DNA of 64,000 nucleotides from a virus: IMG/VR virus record IMGVR_UViG_3300045988_130745; one strand, 5' to 3'. Shown piece by piece: positions 37,968 to 45,860 of this stretch (position 1 is its first letter; each line of letters starts with the position of its first letter). The notes under the pieces were generated by a model. It saw only the letters and a program-made list of their open reading frames with translations, ran no database searches and was not told where the DNA came from. The position numbers and the translations under genes were made by a program.

Positions 37968-39376
37968 CGCAATAACAAACAAAAGAATATATCAAGAAGA
38001 GCAAAATGAATTATTATATAATCTTTTGTAGAAAAGATTTTTTCAATTCTGGGAAAAACCTGAACTTTTCCAAGATAATACTTCTTTGAGTAATAATTCT
38101 AATATAGAACTATTTATTACTCCATATTGTAACCAATCTTGTTCTTATTGTTATTTAGTTAAATATCCAGAATTATATCCTAAAGGAATTTCGAATGATA
38201 AAATTTTAGAAAATTTAAAAATTTTTTTAAATTGGATTAACGAAAAAAATTTTTATCTTCCCGATATTGATTTATTTTCTGGAGAAATTTGGCATACAAA
38301 ATTAGGTTTTGATATTTTAGATATAATTTTAGATTATTGTAAAAATAATAAATTAAAAATTAAGCAATTAATGATTCCAACAAATGGAACGTTTTTAAAA
38401 TCAGATGAAACTTTTTATAAAATGCAAAATTTTATAGATGATTTTAAAGAAATAGGCGTTCGGCTTTGTATTTCTTTATCAATTGATGGAGCAATTATAG
38501 AAAATAAAACACGTCCTTTGAATAATAAAGAATTAAAAACAGATTCTTTTTATGAGAGAGCTTTTGCATTTGCTAAATATAATAATTTTGCCTTTCATCC
38601 AATGATAAGTGCGGTTTCTGTAAAAGACTGGGTGGAAAATTATAAATGGTGGAAATCAGAATGTAAAAAATATGATTTGAATATTTATGATTTAATGATG
38701 CTAGAAGTGAGAAATAGTGATTGGACAGAAGAATCAATTCAAGATTATAATCATTTTTTAAATTTTTTATTACAAGATTTTTTATCTGATTGTAAATCTG
38801 TTGATGAAGCAGTTCAATGTCTATTCAATTTAAGTCCTTCTATAAAAAAATCAATAAATTTAAACAATAATAATTATTTACCCTATGCTATTACTAAAAG
38901 TAATACATATCCTGCTTGTACTATTGCCACACACCTCTGTGTAAGGTTAGGAGATTTAGCTATTTCTCCATGCCATAGAGCTGGATATGAAAAAAAATAT
39001 TTATGGATATTTTCAAATTGAAAACAATAGAATTGTTGGTATAAAAGCGAATAACCCTTATATGGCAATGAGAATTTTATTTGGTAATAATACTATTTGT
39101 TCTCCAAAATGTGACACTTGCGATTTTAATAAAGTTTGTTTACAAGGCTGTTTTGGCGCGCAAATGGAATATAATCAAGATCCTTTTATGCCAATCCCCG
39201 AAGTATGCACTTTCTTTAAAAGTAAATATATTAATCTTGTAAGACAATATAAAAAATTAGGGATTTTAAATGCTTTAGAAAAATATCATTCTTTAGAATG
39301 CATCCAATATCCTATGGCACATTTTGTTTTAAATTTTTGCAATGGAGTGCTAGATAAATATGGCATGGAATCTTGA
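37957..39376 (+). CDS. second radical SAM/SPASM enzyme, frame broken at an A8 run
   Basis: ATG 37957 is in frame with ORF 38086..39021 (TAG 38029). CNQSCSYC. After A8 (38990-97) the sequence continues in the +1 frame as ORF 38987..39376 with CSPKCDTCDFNKVCLQGCFG. Confidence 0.7.
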
Positions 39377-39656
39377 CACTATTTTTAATTTAGGTCCTAT
39401 ATTTTCTTTAGAATATGGCAATATTACTAAAGAAGATTTTGTAAATTAGGATATTAAAAGTATGTCTTTTGATTGTTGTACTCTTGAAAGACAAATGCTA
39501 GGAAGTATCGAACGGACTTTTATAAAAGAGGATGGCACAGTTAAAAGGGAAAAGGTTTATAATCTCTATCCAGAAGGAGCATTAAAGCAATCTTCAAGGT
39601 GCCTGAACGCATTTGGGGAAACCGTTTTTAATTGGGAGAATAAAAATGAATTTTAA
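39360..39656 (+). CDS. 98-aa hypothetical protein between radical SAM and YcaO genes
   Basis: ATG 39360 is in frame with ORF 39462..39656 across TAG 39447. Begins MAW like 36082..36618. Confidence 0.5.
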
Positions 39657-41406
39657 TTTTAATACGAAATATAAAGCAAGAACTCCAGAAGATACAATTT
39701 CTATAGTAAAACATTTTTTCGAGGGAAGAGGTTATACCCTTACAGAAGTTACTTTTTAGACTGAGGCTGGCACATGGACGGTTCATATTGAACTTTTTGA
39801 TAAAGGATTTTATATTCTTCAATCTAATGGAAAGGGCATGACTAAATTATTTAGTTTGGCTAGTGGATATGCTGAACTATATGAACGTTATTGCAATATG
39901 CATCCTATTCTTTCCAATAGAATTTTCCAGAAAAGATTTTTCAATAGTAATTTTGAGAAAAACGGTTTTTATTTTTAGAAAGGAGAAAAAGAAATTTCTT
40001 ATACAGAAATGTTCCAGTCGAACCCAGAAATTAAAGACTTTTTTTATAAAATTTTAAAAACCCCTCAAAATGTTCAAAGATTTTTTAAAGAAAGTTTTAA
40101 TAATAAATTCATTGGAGTTCCTTTTGTTTCGACTAAAAATGATTCAGATATTATTTATATAGACCCAAGAATTTCCGCTTTAATTTGGACTTCAATTGGA
40201 TTAGCTGCAGGAAATAGTATTGAAGAAGCATTAACTCAAGGCCTTTCTGAAATTTGTGAAAGAATTGGTTTGGTAAATTTTTATTTTAAACCTCAAGAAC
40301 GATTTTATGCTATAGATTTAACTAAAATTAAAAATAAAGATTTAAAAGATAAAATAGATAAAATTAATAAAGCTGGATATTTATTTTATGTTATTGATTT
40401 ATCCTATAATTTTAATGTCCCTACTTTAATGTCTATTTTGATTGATCCAATAAGTTTACTTACATCAGTTGATTTTGGTTCTTATCCAGTCTTTAATATT
40501 GCTTTTGAAAGAGTAATTACAGAAATTTATCAAGGTGTTGCGACTTTTAAAAATAAAGAAATTAATATCCAAACACCTTATTCTCCTAATGGAGCAATTG
40601 GATTTTTAAATAGTGCATTAAATAATATTTCAGAAGCTAATAGTATTGATGAAAATTTCTTTTCTAAAGTTACTTTTGTAGAATCTTGCAATAAAAAAAT
40701 TTTTTTAGAAGAAGCTATAGATTTTTCGTCATTGATAAAATATTTAAATAATATTTTCGATAATCTTGGATATAAATGTTATTATGCAAATATGAGCTTA
40801 TCAAAAGATATTGCTGCTATTCGTATTAATGTTCCTGGATTATATTTAATGAATGAAAAAATTGAACTTTTAAGTAAAGCTAGTTCTTTGATTGTAGAAG
40901 ATTGTTTGGATATAATTAAAAATATTAACAATAACATGGATAAATTGCTTTCTTTGAACGAAAATGTTACTTCGGACGAATTAAAAGAAATTTATCAATG
41001 TTTTTATAAAATATCTGATAAACAAGAATCTATGCCACCTATTACAGGAGCAATTATTGGGACTTTACTTTTTTCTAATCCTTATATGGTTTTTGGACAA
41101 AGTAATAGTAATATAATTCATTCTTTAAAAAATTGGCCGGATATTTTTCTTTTTGAATATAAACATTCGTATTGGATGCCTGATTTAAAGAAATATTTAA
41201 CTTTAGTAAGATATAAACAAAATAAATGCTATTCTAAAGAATAGACAATTAACTTTTTTGCTGCTCTAGGAAGTTATATTTCAGAAGAAGATTATGATAA
41301 TGCTTTAAATTCAGATTATATTTTTTCTCAAATCTTTATTAACGGGACTTTAAAATTATATTACAGTTCTTTTTATGACGAACTTATTTAGAAGTTTCTT
41401 TATTGA
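39646..41406 (+). CDS. YcaO-domain protein
   Basis: ATG 39646 is in frame with ORF 40009..41244 across TAGs 39757, 39976, 41242 and 41389, ending at TGA 41404-06. SNGKGMTKLFSLASGYAELYERY and SIGLAAGNSIEEALTQGLSEICERI match the YcaO ATP-binding motifs. Confidence 0.8.
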
Positions 41407-41431
41407 CTTTTCTCTAATCTTATGCTATAAT
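41403..41431 (+). promoter_or_regulatory. conserved promoter module P10
   Basis: TTGACT 41403-08 (overlaps the YcaO stop), 17 nt, TGC TATAAT 41426-31, then TATTATAGAAAAT. Confidence 0.75.
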
Positions 41432-41463
41432 TATTATAGAAAATGAGGAAAGGAAATGAGATT

Positions 41464-41763
41464 ATGAGCGAAAAGAATTATGAGACTAAATGGCATACTG
41501 TTCGTGAATCTTATCTTCGAATGCTTATTGGTAAAGCCATGAAATATGACATTCTTATGGATGATTTTTCTAAAATCGAAATCAATAGTGAAGATTTTTA
41601 TGGTGAAATTTATCGAGGTTTAACTGGTGAGGAACTCACTATTCCCAATGATCAAGCTCACTTTATCAAGCGCGTAAATTTCGTCAATGGCGAAATCATC
41701 AAGCAGACCGATGAGACTCTTGAAAAACTTGATCTTGCCGCTAAGAAACACGGATTTGAATAA
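41464..41763 (+). CDS. hypothetical protein, right-flank paralog of 35770..36015
   Basis: ATG 41464 inside track ORF 41443..41763. Shared DFYGEIYRGLTGEEL motif. Confidence 0.6.
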   Translation: MSEKNYETKWHTVRESYLRMLIGKAMKYDILMDDFSKIEINSEDFYGEIYRGLTGEELTIPNDQAHFIKRVNFVNGEIIKQTDETLEKLDLAAKKHGFE

Positions 41764-41792
41764 TTGACTTTTCTTCAAATCTATGCTATAAT
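41764..41792 (+). promoter_or_regulatory. conserved promoter module P11 (drives tRNA island 2)
   Basis: TTGACT 41764-69, 17 nt, TGC TATAAT 41787-92, then ATTTATAGAAAGT. Confidence 0.75.
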
Positions 41793-42288
41793 ATTTATAG
41801 AAAGTTAAGGAAAGATTACTTAATTTTTACGACAGTTTTGTTGGCAGACACTTCACTGAGCAAAAAAATGTGAGCTGCTAGGTTTTACGAGAGGGGTCAC
41901 AGGCTACCAGAAATGGAGCTGAACCGAGCCAAACCTCCTAACGCAGAAGTTGCGTTCATAAATTACTTGTAATCTTAGCCTAAAGTGACAGGGTGCTAAA
42001 AGATTACTTCGCCACTCTTAATTGAGTGGTAAGGTTCGCTATAATTGATACCTCCACGCGGTGCGAACTGGACAATCTGATGAACTTGGAAGTCAGATTG
42101 ACGAAAATCAATAGACATGAAAGACGAAATGAATACAAGCTCTCTTTCGTCAGTTAAATTGCACCAGCTTCGATGGTAGAATGGATTAACGTTCTGATAA
42201 TTGTCGGCGCAATGCGCATCTACGGCACGGGTAAAGACGTCCCTTGCAAAAGCAATTAGACCATGTCGTTTTTATTATGACCCCTTCG

Positions 42289-42364
42289 TCTAAAGGTGAG
42301 GATAGGAGGCCTTCAACCTCCAGATGCAGAGTTCGACTCTCGCAGGGGCCACCATATACTTCCG
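42289..42364 (+). tRNA. tRNA-Glu (UUC)-like
   Basis: The 5' half GACCCCTTCGTCTAAAGG.. resembles bacterial tRNA-Glu. Perfect anticodon stem GGAGG/CCTCC with loop CCTTCAA (C at position 33). The T stem has mismatches. CCA encoded. Confidence 0.55.
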
Positions 42365-42367
42365 TAG

Positions 42368-42442
42368 TCTAACGGTTAGGACACGGTCCTGATAAGGCCG
42401 ATACACTAGTTCAACTCTAGTCGGAAGTACCAGTTGCGTGAC
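42368..42442 (+). tRNA. tRNA-Ile (GAU)
   Basis: Acceptor ACTTCCG/CGGAAGT, anticodon arm CGGTC-CTGATAA-GGCCG, T arm ACTAG-TTCAACT-CTAGT, CCA. Lies 3 nt after the previous tRNA. Confidence 0.85.
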
Positions 42443-42566
42443 AGTCGTAGAACTCCTATCGGCTGTTTAAAAAACTAGGGTAGGACTTATGAGTGGAGTT
42501 CGCTTGTAAGACGCGCGAGAAAACGTCGCCCAGAGTATTTGCTTCAAAGTCACTCGCGCATTATAA

Positions 42567-42644
42567 CGGCCAGTAAAGGAAATGGCTAAACTTACTTCCC
42601 TCTCAAGGAAGAATTTGGCGGTTCAAATCCGCCCTGGTCGACCA
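42567..42644 (+). tRNA. tRNA-Glu (CUC)-like
   Basis: Acceptor CGGCCAG/CTGGTCG, perfect anticodon stem CTTCC/GGAAG with loop CTCTCAA, T arm GGCGG-TTCAAAT-CCGCC, CCA. Confidence 0.65.
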
Positions 42645-42826
42645 AGGTGTTGATACCTGCAAGCCTCAAGAAACGATTTAATAGGATACTAGTTACCTAT
42701 TGAATTAAAGTATTGAGAAACTACAAATCAAAAGATACGTTGTGGAACGGGAATGATACTAACCGGAAAGCGTAAATCGTATTAGAGAAAAATGGTCTGG
42801 AACTCTTTAAATTATCGGACTACCGA

Positions 42827-42902
42827 GCTGGAGTGGCGCAATTGGTAGCGCAGCTGATTTGTAATCAGAAGGTTGCGGGTTCAAGTCCTGTTTCCAGCAC
42901 CA
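42827..42902 (+). tRNA. tRNA-Thr (UGU)
   Basis: Acceptor GCTGGAG/TTCCAGC, D arm GCGC-AATTGGTA-GCGC, loop TTTGTAA, T arm GCGGG-TTCAAGT-CCTGT, CCA. Confidence 0.8.
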
Positions 42903-42906
42903 TTAT

Positions 42907-42981
42907 GCGTTTGTAGTTCAATGGAAGAATCGCAGACTCTTAATCTGTCAGATGCAGGTTCAAATCCTGTCAAGCGCACCA
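42907..42981 (+). tRNA. tRNA-Lys (CUU)
   Basis: Acceptor GCGTTTG/CAAGCGC, anticodon arm GCAGA-CTCTTAA-TCTGT, T arm GCAGG-TTCAAAT-CCTGT, CCA. Confidence 0.85.
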
Positions 42982-43114
42982 TTTAAAGACCATCACAGCA
43001 TCTGAAATTGGCTTGTAACCCGCTTGTCGTCGAGTTCGATTCTCGACAGTATCTTCTCTTAAATGGGAACACTTAGCTCAGTGGTAGAGCAGCGTATTGT
43101 TGGTCTTGTCTTAT

Positions 43115-43189
43115 GCGCTCATAGTTCAACGGAGAGAATATTGGTCTACGAAACCAAAGATGGAAGTTCGATTCTTCTTGGGCGTACCA
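43115..43189 (+). tRNA. tRNA-Arg (ACG)
   Basis: Acceptor GCGCTCA/TGGGCGT, anticodon arm TTGGT-CTACGAA-ACCAA, T arm GGAAG-TTCGATT-CTTCT, CCA. Confidence 0.85.
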
Positions 43190-43263
43190 CTTGTAATTTC
43201 TACGAATCTTATACAAATCTCCTTGTCGTTTGCGGCTCGACGCTAATAAAGCCGCACTCCTAT

Positions 43264-43340
43264 GCGGCTGTAATTCAGTTGGATAGAATATCGGACTTCT
43301 AATCCGAAAGCCAAGAGTTCAAGTCTCTTCAGCCGTACCA
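43264..43340 (+). tRNA. tRNA-Arg (UCU)
   Basis: Acceptor GCGGCTG/CAGCCGT, anticodon arm TCGGA-CTTCTAA-TCCGA, T arm AAGAG-TTCAAGT-CTCTT, CCA. Confidence 0.85.
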
Positions 43341-43390
43341 TTTTATCCTTTCTATCGTTCTGGCGCGATGAAAATAATGCCAGATTTTAT

Positions 43391-43467
43391 ACGGTTGTAG
43401 CTTAATAGGATAAAGCTGCGTGATTCCTAATCCGTCTATACCAGTTCAAATCTGGTCAGCCGTTCCA
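43391..43467 (+). tRNA. tRNA with irregular anticodon arm, anticodon most simply CCU (Arg)
   Basis: Acceptor ACGGTTG/CAGCCGT, D arm GCTT-AATAGGATA-AAGC, T arm ACCAG-TTCAAAT-CTGGT, CCA. The anticodon arm GCGTGA-TTCCTAA-TCCGT folds only with a bulged T. Confidence 0.55.
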
Positions 43468-43506
43468 CGATTAACTAATAAGTGTCTCCTTTCTTTTCTC
43501 ATCTTG

Positions 43507-43537
43507 GAGCCTAGCCTGTAATGGGCTAGGCTCTTTT
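43507..43537 (+). terminator. Rho-independent terminator after tRNA island 2
   Basis: GAGCCTAGCC/GGCTAGGCTC 10-bp stem followed by TTTT. Confidence 0.75.
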
Positions 43538-43540
43538 CTA

Positions 43541-43569
43541 TTGACTTGCGCGAAAAGATATGATATAAT
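43541..43569 (+). promoter_or_regulatory. conserved promoter module P12
   Basis: TTGACT 43541-46, 17 nt, TGA TATAAT 43564-69, then ATTTATAGAAAGT. Confidence 0.75.
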
Positions 43570-43598
43570 ATTTATAGAAAGTTAAGAAAGGAATAGTT

Positions 43599-43853
43599 AT
43601 GTTTTATTCTAACTCTAACTCTAACTCTAATTCTAAAGATACTGGTATTTATGGGGTTGTGCTTGAAATTCTTCCTAATGATTTTAGAAAAGTAAAAATA
43701 CTCAATGGCACGCGAGTAAATGAAATTGTTAATGCAAAAATATCTTCTGAATTAAAAATTGAGTTTATTTATATACTTCCAGATGATAAAGTTGCATTAA
43801 AAATGGACTCAAATAGAATAACTATTGTGTGGAGAATGGATTTACTTCCTTAA
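43599..43853 (+). CDS. infA: translation initiation factor IF-1 homolog with N-terminal (Ser-Asn) repeat
   Basis: Track ORF. GIYGVVLEILPNDFRKVKILNGTRVNEIVNAKIS....IYILPDDKVALKM...RITIVWR aligns with the IF-1 S1 fold (GTVLE.LPN..F.V.L.NG......I.GK......I..GD.V.VE......G.I..R). Codons 3-12 come from a TCTAAC hexamer repeat. Confidence 0.7.
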   Translation: MFYSNSNSNSNSKDTGIYGVVLEILPNDFRKVKILNGTRVNEIVNAKISSELKIEFIYILPDDKVALKMDSNRITIVWRMDLLP

Positions 43854-43882
43854 TTAAATATATAATGTAAAGGAGATAAGTT

Positions 43883-44137
43883 ATGACCATTCGAGAATTT
43901 GTTGAAAAATGCTCAGTTATTACCGAGATTGGCATTACCAAATGCGGTGATGAAGATGCACTTTATTCTTACAAAATCGAAGATTTCGATGCTATTGGTT
44001 TCAACAGACAAATTCTTGAAGGTAAGCGCGGAAAGTATGTTCGTGATAATGGTATTTTAGACAAAGAAGTTTACGCTTTTCGAGATACTACAGATTTGTA
44101 TGACCCATTCCAAGGCATTGTCGTAGTTTATAAATAA
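43883..44137 (+). CDS. hypothetical protein
   Basis: Track ORF with AAAGGAG RBS. Confidence 0.6.
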   Translation: MTIREFVEKCSVITEIGITKCGDEDALYSYKIEDFDAIGFNRQILEGKRGKYVRDNGILDKEVYAFRDTTDLYDPFQGIVVVYK

Positions 44138-44152
44138 GAAAGGTTGGATTTT

Positions 44153-45406
44153 ATGCTAACTTTAAATGGCAAATATGGTTCCGCGCGAGTTTATACCGAT
44201 TTGATTGAGCAAGAAGCTATTGCACAGATTATTGAGATGCTGAATCAGTCCTTTGCAGAAAATGCAAATGTGGCTATTATGCCCGATGTTCATGCCGGCG
44301 CTGGTTGTACCATTGGTACTACTATGCGAATTTCTGATTGCGTTGTCCCGAATCTGGTTGGCGTGGACATTGGTTGTGGTATGATTTGTGCAAAGCTTAC
44401 TCATTTGCATAAAGAAGAAGTCGATTTTGAAAAATTGGATAAGGTTATTCGAGAGCATATCCCTTCTGGTATGTCTATCCGCGATAAAATGGTTAATATT
44501 AAAATGTCTAATCGCGCGGGTGTCAACGCAAAAGATTGGGCAAATCAACTTCATCAACTGAAATGTTGGGACGCAATCAAAACTAAAGAAGATTACTTTT
44601 TGAAGTCTATTGACACTCTTGGAGGTGGCAATCACTTTATTGAAATGAATGTTGATGAAGATAATCAATGTTATCTTGTTGTTCATTCTGGCTCTCGTAA
44701 TCTTGGTATTCAGGTTTGCAAATATTACCAGAAATTAGCTGAAACTGATTACCAAAAGGCTTGTAGCAAAGTCGATAAAAAAGTAATCGAAACGATGCTT
44801 GCAAATGGACGTAAAATGGAAATCCCGGCTTATGTTTCTTCTTGCAAAGTTAAATACGACAAAGGTTTAGTTCCGCTAGTTGGAGAGTCTTTTGAGAATT
44901 ATCTCCATGATATGAACATCGTCCAAGAGTATGCTGAAGCAAATCGTAAAGCTATGCTGCTCACCATCTGCAAAGAAATGGGTTGGGATAACTTTACTTC
45001 CTTTGAAACTAAGCATAATTATATTGACTTTTCTCCGTGTAAGAATGGTGAGCATCCTATTTTGCGTAAAGGAGCAGTTGCAGCGAATGCGGGCGAAGAA
45101 CTTATTATTCCGATGAATATGCGCGATGGTTCTTTAATTTGCATTGGCAAAGGTAATCCTGCTTGGAACTACTCTGCGCCGCACGGTGCTGGACGCTTAA
45201 TGTCTCGCGCAAAAGCAAAAGAAACTCTTTCTCTTGAAGAGTATCAATCCGAAATGGATGGTATCTGGACTTCCTGCGTGTCTAATGCTACTATTGATGA
45301 ATCTCCAATGGCTTACAAACCGATGGAGTCTATCATCAAGAATGTCAAAGATACTGTTGAGATTGCTAAAATAATTAAGCCCGTTTATAACTTTAAAGCT
45401 AATTGA
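44153..45406 (+). CDS. rtcB: RtcB RNA ligase
   Basis: ATG 44153 inside track ORF 44144..45406. MPDVHAGAGCTIG, GGGNHFIE, HSGSRNLG and APHGAGR are the conserved RtcB metal/GTP-binding motifs. Confidence 0.85.
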   Translation: MLTLNGKYGSARVYTDLIEQEAIAQIIEMLNQSFAENANVAIMPDVHAGAGCTIGTTMRISDCVVPNLVGVDIGCGMICAKLTHLHKEEVDFEKLDKVIREHIPSGMSIRDKMVNIKMSNRAGVNAKDWANQLHQLKCWDAIKTKEDYFLKSIDTLGGGNHFIEMNVDEDNQCYLVVHSGSRNLGIQVCKYYQKLAETDYQKACSKVDKKVIETMLANGRKMEIPAYVSSCKVKYDKGLVPLVGESFENYLHDMNIVQEYAEANRKAMLLTICKEMGWDNFTSFETKHNYIDFSPCKNGEHPILRKGAVAANAGEELIIPMNMRDGSLICIGKGNPAWNYSAPHGAGRLMSRAKAKETLSLEEYQSEMDGIWTSCVSNATIDESPMAYKPMESIIKNVKDTVEIAKIIKPVYNFKAN

Positions 45407-45431
45407 CTTTTGAACGAAATTATGCTATAAT
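45403..45431 (+). promoter_or_regulatory. conserved promoter module P13
   Basis: TTGACT 45403-08 (overlaps the rtcB stop), 17 nt, TGC TATAAT 45426-31, then TATTATAGAAAAT. Confidence 0.75.
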
Positions 45432-45461
45432 TATTATAGAAAATGAGAAAGGGGATTAGAT

Positions 45462-45860
45462 ATGAGTTTTAAATTGAGAAAAGCCACTCAGCGAAAGTTC
45501 AATGCTGATATGCGTTTTGTCAATCGAGTCATTGAAAATGATGATTTGTGGCAAGGGCGTTTTGTAGTCCATCAAAAGAAAGCTGATTGGCATTCTTTCG
45601 ATGATGGGAGTGGTGGCATACTTTTCGTTATTGTTGATTTCTATGACAAGAAAACTAAGAAGCATACCACTCGTATGTATGAGAAACTTGCGGGCGGGCA
45701 TTTTAATTTCTGCGTAAGCAAGTTGTTCCGAGATATGAATACTTTTATCGTTGAGGATTTGGATGTTTGGAAAAACGAAAAACCTTACGATGAAAAGCAA
45801 GATTGGCGAAATGTGCCTTATGAGAAAGAAGGAGAGGTGATTTATCCTTGGCGCGCCTAA
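45462..45860 (+). CDS. hypothetical protein
   Basis: Track ORF after AGAAAGGGG. Confidence 0.65.
   Translation: MSFKLRKATQRKFNADMRFVNRVIENDDLWQGRFVVHQKKADWHSFDDGSGGILFVIVDFYDKKTKKHTTRMYEKLAGGHFNFCVSKLFRDMNTFIVEDLDVWKNEKPYDEKQDWRNVPYEKEGEVIYPWRA

Noticed and set aside
42982-43114. Considered a circularly permuted or split tRNA formed by the upstream T arm and the downstream 5' half.
   Set aside because: The sequence after the T arm (AGTATCT or CAGTATC) is not complementary to the 5' acceptor strand GGGAACA, so no acceptor stem can form.
43264-43340. Looked for an amber-suppressor (CUA) anticodon. CTA occurs in the loops of tRNA 43264 (CTTCTAA), tRNA 26811 (CTAAGGA) and tRNA 43391 (TTCCTAA).
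   Set aside because: With canonical 7-nt loops and U33, the anticodons read UCU, AAG and CCU respectively. None places CUA at positions 34-36, so I claim no suppressor tRNA in this window.
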